A DNA stretch of 64,000 nt, from positions 2,317 to 66,316 of the forward strand of contig JAZNVL010000048.1 in NCBI GenBank assembly GCA_045592785.1. The letters run 5' to 3'. Numbering within the stretch: position 1 is the first letter of the stretch; the number at the start of each line of letters is the position of its first letter. Source of the stretch: Victivallales bacterium (GTDB taxonomy: Bacteria > Verrucomicrobiota > Lentisphaeria > Victivallales > UBA1829). The notes below the pieces were generated by a model, which saw only the letters and a program-made list of their open reading frames with translations, ran no database searches and was not told the origin of the DNA. A program made the translations under genes and the position numbers. This document shows positions 45,792 to 54,826 of this stretch, piece by piece.

Positions 45792-46754
45792 TTATTTACT
45801 GTGATACAGGATCAGGTACGCGGTATAAGCGCAGTAGATGAGCAGGAAAAAGATCCCTTCTTTCCGGCTGATCTTCCAACCCGTACGCATGATGGGCAGC
45901 AATGCCGCCGCACTGAATAACATGACCGTCATATCCACCGGGTTCAGAGAAGCATTGGAAAGCGGCGAGATCACCGCAGTGATCCCCAGGATTCCCAGAA
46001 TATTGAAGATGTTGGAACCGAGTACATTCCCCACGGCAATATCTTTTTCGCCTTTCGAAGCCGCCACCAGCGACGTCGCCAGTTCGGGGAGAGATGTCCC
46101 CACTGCCACCACGGTCAATCCGATCACGGCATCGGAAAGGTGCGCCATTTTGGAGAAGAATACGGCACTCCACAGAAAGAGTTTTGCCGCACCTACCAGC
46201 ATACCCAGTCCCACCGCCGTAAACAGCAGAGCCACGGGGATCGACAGGAGTTTTTCCGGTTTGTTTTCATCGGGTTCCGGGTTTTCCTTTGCTTCCTTTT
46301 TGGAGGCATAAATATTCCATCCGGAATAGACCAGAAATCCGGTGAGCAGGATCACGCCCTGCCATCGGGTCAAGCCCCGCGTGTAGAGGTAGAACCCGGT
46401 GAGCAGGATCGTGACACCCAGCATGACCGGGGCATCCAGCCGCAGAAGCTGACGGCGTACGGTCAACGGGGTGATGCAGGCACATACCCCCAGGATCAGC
46501 ACGATATTGACAATGTTGGATCCCACGATATTCCCCAGGGAAATATCGGCATTGCCGTCGATCGCCGCGAATACACTGACCACCAGTTCCGGTGCCGACG
46601 TTGCCGCAGCCACCAGAGTCAACCCGATGACCAGTTGCGAGATCCCGGCTTTCCGCGCGATGGAACTGGCTCCCTTCACCAGCGTTTCCGCCCCGAAATA
46701 AAGTCCGGCGAGTCCGGCAAGCCCGTATACGATGTTCAGGAGAATATTTGTCAT
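45792..46754 (-). CDS. CaCA-family cation/Ca2+ antiporter (YrbG-like)
   Basis: Two alpha-repeat motifs (GNIVGSNIVNIVLILG and GNVLGSNIFNILGILG). 320 aa with about 10 TM helices. Confidence 0.88.
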   Translation of the reverse strand: MTNILLNIVYGLAGLAGLYFGAETLVKGASSIARKAGISQLVIGLTLVAAATSAPELVVSVFAAIDGNADISLGNIVGSNIVNIVLILGVCACITPLTVRRQLLRLDAPVMLGVTILLTGFYLYTRGLTRWQGVILLTGFLVYSGWNIYASKKEAKENPEPDENKPEKLLSIPVALLFTAVGLGMLVGAAKLFLWSAVFFSKMAHLSDAVIGLTVVAVGTSLPELATSLVAASKGEKDIAVGNVLGSNIFNILGILGITAVISPLSNASLNPVDMTVMLFSAAALLPIMRTGWKISRKEGIFFLLIYCAYTAYLILYHSK

Positions 46755-46793
46755 TGTCTTCCAATCATTTCTGTTGTATCGCAGTGCGATTTC

Positions 46794-47948
46794 TTACTTC
46801 TTTTTCCGGAAACAGCTCCGGACGAACCGTTCCCCGGATTGCATCAGTGCCATGCTCCAGGATTTCTTCGGGATGATGGCACCCTTGGGACAATGTTCCT
46901 GGCAGCAGAAACAGCGGATACATTCCTGGGACGAAAAATGGGGTTTGCCATCCACCATGGTGATGGCTTTCGGTGGACACATCTCGGCGCATAGTTTGCA
47001 CCCGATACATTTTTTCGGGTCAAGCAAAGGACGCGCCAGCATGTGATTCCGCAGGAAATTCCGGCAGAACGGAGGGAATGCCACGCCCCATTGGAGCATG
47101 AGACTGGGGGGATCCGGCAGTTTCAGCGCGGTGAGCTCCGGAACATCGGTCACATTCTCCCATTCCGGCAGGATGCCCCGTTCTTTTGCCCGGCGCAGGA
47201 GCAGGAGTTCCGGCACACCCAGCACGGGCGCAACGGAACAGTCAAGCGCGAGCGAATCGGTGGATCCGGCGACGAAATTCTTCTGTACGGGCGTTCCGCT
47301 TCCGGGTCCGTTCCCTTCCATGGAAATGATGCCGTCCAACAGATTGAACCGGGGCTGAACGGTGAGATAGATATCGAGGAGCATATCGGCGAACTGATCG
47401 AAGTCTCTGCCGACGGAGAGATGCCAGCCGAGTCTTGCGCTGCCGTTGACCAGCCCGAAGAGATTTTTCACGCAGAGAGTGAGGATCATCATAGCATGAG
47501 TCTTGGCTTTCGCGATATCCACCACGAAATCATAATCCAGATATTCCTGCGCCAGTTCCAGATTGCGGAACCGGGCATTTTCCGGCGGATTCATCTTTGC
47601 GAACCGGGTGAGACTGGCATAATGCACATTCATTTTCTTGAGTTCTTCATCCACTCCCATGGCGTGCAGGATGTGGGGGACAGACTGAATGGCAGGATTC
47701 TCCAGAATGGCGACCGATGCCGCTCCGGCATCCAGAAACGCCCGCGCGGATTCCACCAGAAAACGGGGATTCACACACGCCGGATCGTTCTCTTTGCGCC
47801 ATGCCAGCAGATTGGGCTTGAGCATGATGCGTTTGCCGTGGAGCGGTCCGCGCAGAGCCAGCTGGGGCGCAAGTACGTCCTGAATGGCTTTTGCCACTTT
47901 TTCCTGTGAATAGTCATCGGCGGAAGCGTAAGCAACGGGATGTTTCAT
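46794..47948 (-). CDS. DUF362 domain protein with a C-terminal 2x[4Fe-4S] ferredoxin domain
   Basis: DUF362-type N-terminus (GKRIMLKPNLL...). Two CxxCxxCxxxCP motifs are present (CIGCKLCAEMCP, CIRCFCCQEHCP). Confidence 0.75.
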   Translation of the reverse strand: MKHPVAYASADDYSQEKVAKAIQDVLAPQLALRGPLHGKRIMLKPNLLAWRKENDPACVNPRFLVESARAFLDAGAASVAILENPAIQSVPHILHAMGVDEELKKMNVHYASLTRFAKMNPPENARFRNLELAQEYLDYDFVVDIAKAKTHAMMILTLCVKNLFGLVNGSARLGWHLSVGRDFDQFADMLLDIYLTVQPRFNLLDGIISMEGNGPGSGTPVQKNFVAGSTDSLALDCSVAPVLGVPELLLLRRAKERGILPEWENVTDVPELTALKLPDPPSLMLQWGVAFPPFCRNFLRNHMLARPLLDPKKCIGCKLCAEMCPPKAITMVDGKPHFSSQECIRCFCCQEHCPKGAIIPKKSWSMALMQSGERFVRSCFRKKK

Positions 47949-47960
47949 CGTGTCATGACC

Positions 47961-48887
47961 TCAACTGTTCAGCACGCCGAAGGGAACGTGTACCGAGGGG
48001 GTGAATGCGGACGACGATTCCAGATGGGGATGCCGCTGGTCGTCAAAGAAAATATGGGGCTTGAGGATCGACAACACTCTGCCTTTATCCATTCCGCCCA
48101 GAAGAAATGTCTGGTCGATCACAATATTCCAACTGCGCAACGTGGCAACGATCCGGGCATCCGCCGGCGCACTCCGGGCAGTGACAATGGACGTGGTCAG
48201 GAACCGTTTGTATCCGGGATCGGCTTCGATGCGGGCGTCTTCCAGTTCCCGGATCCGGGCGAGTTTTGCCAGAAGAGCGGCAAGGGGACCTGCGGGCAGG
48301 GGCAGAGAGGATTTGCTCTGTTCCGTTTCGTAAAACTTTTCGATCCCGCCCACACGATAGACCAGTTCCGCACTGTCATCGGCGAGAACACCGTCAAAGT
48401 CGAAAGCGATCCGGAGCTGATTGTCATCGTCGTCATCTTCCGCGGCACTGTCCAAAACTTCTCCGGCGGCGTACCCTTCGGCACTGGCGGACTTCACGTC
48501 TTCGCCATTGGCAGAGAGAAAGAGCGACACGTTATACGCCGGGATGTAATGGAAGGGCGACATCCCCGTGGTGAACGCGGCACGGCTGATATCCAGTCCG
48601 TAATGCCGGATGGAGTTGAATACCCGCGCGCCGGTATCCGGGTCGTTATGACTGAGCAGAACGACTTCCACCGGTTTGGCTTCGGGGAAAAGTGCATTGA
48701 GTTTGAGAAAACGGCGGATGAAGGGGAATGCGATCCCCTTGCGCAGAATATCCTTCTGGTGTTCGCGCTGATACGTCCGGTATGCGGCGATGCCTTCTTT
48801 CCGGAAAATAGCATCGGCTTCATCCAGTTGGAATAACGCACTGGAAGCGACACCGATCACCAGTTTTTCTTCGATGGGAAAACTCAT
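47961..48887 (-). CDS. 5'-nucleotidase-family protein (PF06189-like)
   Basis: LVIGVASSALFQLDEADAIFRKEGIAAYRTYQREHQ matches my recollection of the family N-terminus. The start at 48887 has AAGGAG 7 nt upstream. Confidence 0.6.
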   Translation of the reverse strand: MSFPIEEKLVIGVASSALFQLDEADAIFRKEGIAAYRTYQREHQKDILRKGIAFPFIRRFLKLNALFPEAKPVEVVLLSHNDPDTGARVFNSIRHYGLDISRAAFTTGMSPFHYIPAYNVSLFLSANGEDVKSASAEGYAAGEVLDSAAEDDDDDNQLRIAFDFDGVLADDSAELVYRVGGIEKFYETEQSKSSLPLPAGPLAALLAKLARIRELEDARIEADPGYKRFLTTSIVTARSAPADARIVATLRSWNIVIDQTFLLGGMDKGRVLSILKPHIFFDDQRHPHLESSSAFTPSVHVPFGVLNS

Positions 48888-48906
48888 TGCACAGCTCCTT
48901 TTATTG

Positions 48907-49827
48907 TCAGATAAGCACCTGTCCGATGATCTCGGAAACGCTCTTGATATTATGCTGATCCAGCCATTCATTCAGCTCATTCAATACCCGGATGGGGGCA
49001 GCCGGATCCGCAAAGGTGGCAGTGCCCACCGCAATGGCGGAAGCTCCCGCAAGCAGAAATTCCACCGCATCGGCACCGGACATGATCCCGCCCATCCCGA
49101 TCACCGGGATCCTTACCGCTTTCGCGGCTTCATACACCATTTTGATGGCAACAGGCTTCACCGCAGGACCGCTGAGTCCGCCGGTGATATTGGCGATCTT
49201 CGGACGGCGTGTTTCGATATCGATCGCCATTGCCGGGATGGTGTTGATGAGACTGATCATATCGGACCCGGCATCTTCCGCACCGCGGGCAAAGTCCGCA
49301 ATACAGGAAACGTTGGGGCTGAGTTTGGTGATGAGCGGGAGAGACGTCTTTTCCCGTACCGCACGGACCACACTCTGCATGGATGCCACATTGGTCCCGA
49401 AAGAAAGTCCGCCTTCTTTCACGTTGGGACAGGAAACGTTGATTTCCAGTGCGGCGATCCCTTCCTTTTCGGCTTCCAGCCGTTCCGCGACCAGTGCGTA
49501 ATCTTCCGGCTTCCTGCCCCAGATGTTCACAATGACCGTGGCTCCGGTCGTCCGCAGGAACGGCATATAATGGGACCCGTTGAGGAACTTGTCGATCCCC
49601 GGTCCCTGCAGTCCGATGGCGTTGATCATACCGGCAGTGACTTCTGCGGTACGGGGCATGGGATTCCCGTGAGATTGCCAGGGCGCGATCCCTTTGACCA
49701 CCACGGCACCCAATTCGGAAATCGGGTAAAATTTATGATATTCTTCCCCGTATCCATAGGTCCCGGATGCGGTCATGACGGGGTTTTTCAGTTTGAGGGA
49801 ACCCAGTTGAACAGTCAGATCACTCAT
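48907..49827 (-). CDS. pyrD: Dihydroorotate dehydrogenase, class 1B catalytic subunit
   Basis: LKLKNPVMTASGTYGYG and GIDKFL... motifs, and IGMGGI near the C-terminus. The start MSDLTV at 49827 overlaps the pyrK stop (ATGAGTGA) and follows GGAGG. Confidence 0.9.
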   Translation of the reverse strand: MSDLTVQLGSLKLKNPVMTASGTYGYGEEYHKFYPISELGAVVVKGIAPWQSHGNPMPRTAEVTAGMINAIGLQGPGIDKFLNGSHYMPFLRTTGATVIVNIWGRKPEDYALVAERLEAEKEGIAALEINVSCPNVKEGGLSFGTNVASMQSVVRAVREKTSLPLITKLSPNVSCIADFARGAEDAGSDMISLINTIPAMAIDIETRRPKIANITGGLSGPAVKPVAIKMVYEAAKAVRIPVIGMGGIMSGADAVEFLLAGASAIAVGTATFADPAAPIRVLNELNEWLDQHNIKSVSEIIGQVLI

Positions 49828-50602
49828 AATATACCTCCCCGGCAAAGAACACAGGCCCTTCGGAACAGGTCCGTGCGTACCGGAATCCATCCGGCGAACC
49901 GGCATCATTGACTTTGATGACACAGGCGAAACATGCGCCCACGCCGCAACACATATTCTGATCCAGACTCAATTGCGTTTCCACATCGGTGGAGAGCATC
50001 TGTCTGCCCACGGCATACAGCATGGGCTTCGGACCGCAGGCGTAGATCACCGGATTCCCGGCATCGGCAAGCGCCTGGGGAATGAGTTCCGTCACGAATC
50101 CTTTGACACCACAGGAGCCGTCATTGGTGGCGACCCGGACATCGAAGCCCAGTGCGGCGTATTCCTCCCGCAGGATCAGATCCTGTTCGGTACGCGCCCC
50201 CATGAGTACGATCCCCTTCTTTGCGGCGCGTTCCGCAAGAAACAACGTGGAGGCAGAACCATAACCGCCGGTGATCAGCAGCGGCACTGCATCCTGACGG
50301 AGCGTATACCCTTTGCCCAGGGGGCCGAGAACCTGCATTTCGGTCCCGGCGGCGATTCGTGCCAGTTCTCCGGTGCCCTGTCCCACGACCTTGAACACCA
50401 CGGTAACGGTCCCCGCGCTGACATCCACCGAACAGATACTGAACGGACGGCGCAGGATGCGGTCTCTCAATGTGGGTATCTGCACATGCACGAATTGTCC
50501 CGGAGCGGATTCTGCGGCAATGTCAGGCGCCCGGAACACGATCCGCCGATATCCGGCGGTAAGTTCTTCGTTTGCAAGAACGATCGATCTCTGGTCAATC
50601 AT
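49820..50602 (-). CDS. pyrK: Dihydroorotate dehydrogenase electron-transfer subunit (FAD/2Fe-2S)
   Basis: RRPFSI FAD motif and a C-terminal Cys cluster CGVGACFAC. The start is MIDQRS at 50602. Confidence 0.88.
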   Translation of the reverse strand: MIDQRSIVLANEELTAGYRRIVFRAPDIAAESAPGQFVHVQIPTLRDRILRRPFSICSVDVSAGTVTVVFKVVGQGTGELARIAAGTEMQVLGPLGKGYTLRQDAVPLLITGGYGSASTLFLAERAAKKGIVLMGARTEQDLILREEYAALGFDVRVATNDGSCGVKGFVTELIPQALADAGNPVIYACGPKPMLYAVGRQMLSTDVETQLSLDQNMCCGVGACFACVIKVNDAGSPDGFRYARTCSEGPVFFAGEVYYE

Positions 50603-50634
50603 AAAAAATCTCCGTATGAAAAATAACACGGAGT
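50603..50634 (-). promoter_or_regulatory. pyrK leader hairpin that sequesters the SD (candidate pyrimidine-responsive element)
   Basis: The minus-strand RNA reads A-CUCCGU-guuauuuuucau-ACGGAG-AUUUUUU-AUG. The 3' arm contains the GGAG SD. The 5' arm starts 2 nt after the -10 hexamer. Confidence 0.45.
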
Positions 50635-50663
50635 ATTATACACCCGGAACCGGAGAAATGCAA
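50635..50663 (-). promoter_or_regulatory. Predicted promoter of pyrK-pyrD
   Basis: On the minus strand: TTGCAT-N17-TATAAT. Confidence 0.5.
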
Positions 50664-50672
50664 AGAAAAAGA

Positions 50673-50701
50673 CAAAAAAAACCGCCATTTTCATGGCGGC
50701 T
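50673..50701 (-). terminator. Rho-independent terminator after the aldose-epimerase-like gene
   Basis: The minus strand reads GCCGCCAT-gaaa-ATGGCGGT followed by T8. Confidence 0.8.
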
Positions 50702-50711
50702 TTCTGTAGTC

Positions 50712-51680
50712 TTATACGGATTCAAACCGGATCTTGAACCGGTAGCGGATACTTTCGCCCGGTGCAAGCATCTTTCCGAACCCGTTTTCTGAATCATAAA
50801 CGCATCCGTTCAACGATCCGTTGGTGGGTTCCAGTCCCAGAACATAACAGTTCTTCGAAGGCTTTTTCCATTCCACGATCCGGGGGAGGGTGGCGGTATC
50901 GTAGGAAATGGTCAGAGCAGTCCCGATCTCATCGTTTACGATCCGCATATCCGCCCATCCGTTTTCATCGGCGGGGAGGGTATGACGGTAACAGTATTCG
51001 CCGAAATCCTCCAGGGGAGCGGGGAACTGATCCCATTCAACCAGAGCGGCTTTTGCGGCATCATCTCTGGGGTCGACATCGTGTTCCGGCAGTTCAAACT
51101 TCAAAGCGGGGGAGACGAGGGGATATCCCAGATTGCAATGATAGAGGATCTCCGTGAATTCCGGTTTTTCGCCGTGATTGGTGACGGTATCTTCCACCAT
51201 GATCTCATTGCAGCCGTAAGCCGTGGAGATCACGCGGAACAATTCCAGATTGCATCCGCCGATACAGGCTTCCTTCAACCGTCCGCTGATCCGGATGTCA
51301 CCGTCATCGGTCACAATGGAAAGCTGTTCGGCACTTTGTGCGGAGATCTGCCCATGGAGACCTTGTGTTCCACTGGGAGAACCGACATTGCGCAAACCGC
51401 AGGTGGTCATAAGCCCGCCCGCCCAGTCATTGAGCCAGTCGCCGGTGAGCCCCCGGTATCCGCCGGGCGTCCGGAACGCCATGGGGATGCCCCGGAAGGA
51501 GCAATCCACCAGGTTCATGCCGCGATCGGGCGTGATGGTGAACTGGAGTCCGGAACCGTTGAATACGGAAATGATCCGTTGTCCGCGGGCGGTACCTTCC
51601 CCGATCTCATCCAGTCTTGCATAACAAACCTGATCGGTATTCGCCAGATAGGGCAGAACATTTTGAAGTTTGTTCGCCAT
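50712..51680 (-). CDS. Aldose 1-epimerase-superfamily protein (DUF4432-like)
   Basis: Galactose-mutarotase-like pattern (GMNLVDCSFRGIPMAF..., GLHGQIS, HCNLGYPL). 322 aa. Confidence 0.6.
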   Translation of the reverse strand: MANKLQNVLPYLANTDQVCYARLDEIGEGTARGQRIISVFNGSGLQFTITPDRGMNLVDCSFRGIPMAFRTPGGYRGLTGDWLNDWAGGLMTTCGLRNVGSPSGTQGLHGQISAQSAEQLSIVTDDGDIRISGRLKEACIGGCNLELFRVISTAYGCNEIMVEDTVTNHGEKPEFTEILYHCNLGYPLVSPALKFELPEHDVDPRDDAAKAALVEWDQFPAPLEDFGEYCYRHTLPADENGWADMRIVNDEIGTALTISYDTATLPRIVEWKKPSKNCYVLGLEPTNGSLNGCVYDSENGFGKMLAPGESIRYRFKIRFESV

Positions 51681-51689
51681 ATCCTCACC

Positions 51690-52427
51690 TCACATATCGC
51701 AGAAACGGGGACCGAGAATACGGCCGCCGTCCACAGTCAGGTCGGCGCCCGTGATAAAACTGGCGGTATCTTCTGCCAGGAAGACAATGGCGCGTGCGAT
51801 CTCATCGCCGAAACCGGGACGTTCCACCCAGGTGAGCTTGCAGGGATTGCCGTCCCAGGAGTCCATGATAAGTCCGGGGGAAACGCAGTTGAACGTGACA
51901 TTGCGTTTTCCGTATTCCATAGCGAGAGTCTTGGTCATCATGATGAGCCCGCCTTTGGATGCGGCATAGTCGCAGAACTTGGGCAGACCGACTTCCCCAG
52001 CGATGGAGGTCAGGTTGATGATGCGTCCGTACTTCTGTTCCAGCATACCGGAGAGGAACGCCTTGGTCACGCGGAACACGCCGTGAAGGTTCAGGTTGAT
52101 GGTATCGATCCACTGTTCTTCCGTCATATCGTCGAAGATCGTGCATTTCCATCTTCCGGCGTTATTGACGAGGATATCGACTTTTTCGAAATCGGCGTAG
52201 ATTTTTGCGGCGGCAACGTTCACGCTTTCCGTGCTGCATACATCCATGACGTATCCTTTGCAGTTATAACCTTTTTCGCGGAGTTCCGCCGCTACTTTTT
52301 CCACGCCTTCCGCGCTGATGTCGCAAAGTGCGACGGCTACGCCTTCTTCGCAGAACATGCGTGCGGTTTCTCTTCCGATGCGTCCGGCACCGCCGGTCAC
52401 AACTGCCACTCTGTTTTCAAACTTCAT
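51690..52427 (-). CDS. Short-chain dehydrogenase/reductase (FabG-like)
   Basis: TGGAGRIG Rossmann motif, NNAG, and the catalytic YAASK motif (DYAASKGG). Confidence 0.85.
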   Translation of the reverse strand: MKFENRVAVVTGGAGRIGRETARMFCEEGVAVALCDISAEGVEKVAAELREKGYNCKGYVMDVCSTESVNVAAAKIYADFEKVDILVNNAGRWKCTIFDDMTEEQWIDTINLNLHGVFRVTKAFLSGMLEQKYGRIINLTSIAGEVGLPKFCDYAASKGGLIMMTKTLAMEYGKRNVTFNCVSPGLIMDSWDGNPCKLTWVERPGFGDEIARAIVFLAEDTASFITGADLTVDGGRILGPRFCDM

Positions 52428-52453
52428 CTTTCACCTCTGTTTATGTTATGGTG

Positions 52454-53245
52454 TTACTTGTTCAAATAAGCAAATGCGCGCCGGAGTGCTTCATCCGGCT
52501 GCCAGTATTTTCCTTCGTATTCGATATTGACCGTCCCGGTATAACCACCCTCCCGCAGGATCCGCAATGTTTCCCGGCTGTCCACCAGTCCTTCCCCGAT
52601 CAGCGCCGGATCATAACTTTCTCCGGGGCGCAATCCGTTGCTGCGGCCCTTGTCACCTTCGGCAAGCACCCAGTCTTTCAGATGGACATGTACCACATCG
52701 GGGAGGAGCCTGCGCAGAGCGGCGTGAGGATCTTCGCCGACGAAGGTATTTCCGTTATCGAAAGTGAGTTTCAGCCGCGGGATCGCCGCTTTGAATGTGA
52801 AATAATCATCCGCCGTGATCAGGGGACTCTTGCTTCCGTGATAATTTTCCACGGAAAGGATCAGTTCCGGATCGTCACAGACTTCCACGCAGGCGAACAT
52901 GGCATCCAGCCAACGCAGTTGGGATTCGGCGCGTGTTGCGGCATCTCCGGGGGGTGCGGTGGGCAGCATGACCATGGGCGCACCCAGAATATGTGCGGTC
53001 TCGTATCCCTCCCGGACATGATCCAGTGCGCCCGGTCTCCGGTTTACGACTTCCTGCACGAAAAAGGTATAACAGCATACTTTCAGCCCGGCATCGTCAC
53101 AGATCTGACGGAGTTTCTGCGGTGTATAACCGTAAGTGCCGACCCAGTCGATCTCTTTCAATCCTGCGCGGACAGCGCACGCAACGATCTCTTCCGGGGA
53201 TGCACCGAGAAGTGACCCCATATAACTCATCATGGAAAAACGCAT
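52454..53245 (-). CDS. Xylose-isomerase-like TIM-barrel protein (sugar phosphate isomerase/epimerase family)
   Basis: About 260 aa with the typical pattern (LKEIDW..., VENYHG, HVHLKD, NIEYEG). ATG 53245 has AAGGAG 9 nt upstream. Confidence 0.7.
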   Translation of the reverse strand: MRFSMMSYMGSLLGASPEEIVACAVRAGLKEIDWVGTYGYTPQKLRQICDDAGLKVCCYTFFVQEVVNRRPGALDHVREGYETAHILGAPMVMLPTAPPGDAATRAESQLRWLDAMFACVEVCDDPELILSVENYHGSKSPLITADDYFTFKAAIPRLKLTFDNGNTFVGEDPHAALRRLLPDVVHVHLKDWVLAEGDKGRSNGLRPGESYDPALIGEGLVDSRETLRILREGGYTGTVNIEYEGKYWQPDEALRRAFAYLNK

Positions 53246-53278
53246 TCTGTGAACTCCTTGTTTCATTGTATTGTGGGA

Positions 53279-53306
53279 ACTATACTGCTTTTTTCACTAA
53301 TTGCAA
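53279..53306 (-). promoter_or_regulatory. Predicted promoter of the TIM-barrel/SDR/epimerase-like operon
   Basis: On the minus strand: TTGCAA-N16-TATAGT. Confidence 0.4.
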
Positions 53307-53368
53307 TCTTGAGAACGGGAAAAATACGGAAAAAAACACGAAAAACATCCACTTTCAGAAAAAATATA

Positions 53369-54403
53369 TCAGAAATCGCCCCGTCCGATCACGATCGTGT
53401 AACCGATGTCCGTCAGCTGTTTCTGCAGGTCGGACTGCATGATGTCGCCCTGAAGTCCCGTATGATACTTGTTATCATAAAGCATGTATTTCTCCCGTAC
53501 ATCTTCGGGGGAAAGATTGGGCATGATCACATTGGCTCCGGCGAGAATACCTTTCTCCCTGCCGTTGGGCTCCAGGGTTTCCAATGCGGTCGTGGCGGGC
53601 AGCAGAACGGCGGGATGCTGGATCCGGATCAGACTCAACAGGAACAACGTGAGTTCCACACTGCCGTTTTTCTCTGCGGCAAAGGGCGTATCTTTGTGGG
53701 GAATGAACGGGCCGATGCCCACCATCTGCGGCTGGAAGTCATGAAGAAAGGTCATTTCTTCTGCCAGGATCTCCGGTGTCTGACCGGGTGAACCCACCAT
53801 GAAGCCGCAGCCCGTCTGGAATCCCAGAGATTTCAAACTGCGCAGACACGCCATACGTTTCTCCCAGGATTGTTCCGCAGGATGCAGAATGTTGTAATGA
53901 CAGGGATCCGCCGTTTCGTGACGGAGCAGATAACGGTCCGCACCCGCCTCCCGGAACATCCGGTATACCTCCTCCGGGAATTCTCCTGCGGAAAGCGTGA
54001 TGGCACAATCGGGGAACCGGCTGCGGATCTCTTTCACCAGAGCGGTGAGCCGTTTGGGGTTCCAGACACCATCTTCTCCGCCTTGCAGGACAAAGGTCCG
54101 GAATCCGTATTGGTATCCGCATTGGCAGCAATCGAGGATCTGTTCTTCGTCGAGCCGGTAGCGTTCCGCTTTTGCATTGGAACGGCGTATGCCGCAGTAG
54201 TAACAATCGTTTTTGCAGTAATTGGAGAATTCGATCAAGCCGCGTACGAAGATCCGGTTCCCGAATCTTTCGCGGGTGATCCCGCGGGCCGTTTCCGCCG
54301 CAAATCGACAGTCGTCAGGGGTCCGGGTGGAGAACAATGCGACCCATTCCTCTGCGGGGAGCTGCTGTTCGGTTTGAAGACGTTGTATCCGCATCCGGTT
54401 CAT
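53369..54403 (-). CDS. hydE: [FeFe]-hydrogenase maturase HydE (radical SAM)
   Basis: Radical-SAM motif CKNDCYYCG in a BioB-like 344-aa protein. It is translationally coupled (TAATG) to a TM1266-type hydrogenase-system regulator. Confidence 0.8.
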   Translation of the reverse strand: MNRMRIQRLQTEQQLPAEEWVALFSTRTPDDCRFAAETARGITRERFGNRIFVRGLIEFSNYCKNDCYYCGIRRSNAKAERYRLDEEQILDCCQCGYQYGFRTFVLQGGEDGVWNPKRLTALVKEIRSRFPDCAITLSAGEFPEEVYRMFREAGADRYLLRHETADPCHYNILHPAEQSWEKRMACLRSLKSLGFQTGCGFMVGSPGQTPEILAEEMTFLHDFQPQMVGIGPFIPHKDTPFAAEKNGSVELTLFLLSLIRIQHPAVLLPATTALETLEPNGREKGILAGANVIMPNLSPEDVREKYMLYDNKYHTGLQGDIMQSDLQKQLTDIGYTIVIGRGDF

Positions 54404-54654
54404 TATTTACCACCGGAATATACAGCTTTTGCGGTAACGCCGGAGATCTTACCCAGTTTCCCGGCGAGCGCATTGATCTTGTCGGGGGGCGCATCCACGA
54501 CGATACTGATGATGAAAACATTCTTTTCGCGGTAGGGCAGCCCCAGACGTCCGATGATATACGGATTGAAATCATGGAGAATGGCATTGATCTCTCCGGC
54601 GGTCTCCTGACTGTCGGCGAGAATGGCAATGACTGCGACTTTGTTATCATTCAT
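54403..54654 (-). CDS. TM1266-family iron-only hydrogenase system regulator (small ACT/CopG-like protein)
   Basis: VAVIAILADSQETAGEINAILHDFNPYIIGRLGLPYREKNVFIISIVVDAPPDKINALAGKLGKISGV matches the family pattern as I recall it. The start MNDNK at 54654 is consistent with the predicted promoter. Confidence 0.7.
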   Translation of the reverse strand: MNDNKVAVIAILADSQETAGEINAILHDFNPYIIGRLGLPYREKNVFIISIVVDAPPDKINALAGKLGKISGVTAKAVYSGGK

Positions 54655-54682
54655 GGCAATACCTTGTGTTACGGTTTGTCGG

Positions 54683-54711
54683 AATATACACCCCGATGTA
54701 TGAAAATGCAA
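54683..54711 (-). promoter_or_regulatory. Predicted promoter of the TM1266-hydE pair
   Basis: On the minus strand: TTGCAT-N17-TATATT. Confidence 0.45.
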
Positions 54712-54826
54712 ACAATTCCCCCGGAAATTTGAAAATAATCTCTTTTTTTATTTGTATTTCCCGTTTTATGCGCTACATTATCCCTGAAGATTGTATAATA
54801 AACTGTAAAAGCAAAGGAATGACACT

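Noticed and set aside
54712-54826. A possible SAM riboswitch upstream of metK.
   Set aside because: The leader after the best -10 candidate is only about 27 nt. I see no SAM-I four-way junction or SAM-II/V pseudoknot features. Likewise I see no T-box or leader structures upstream of trpS or ileS, which are internal operon genes.
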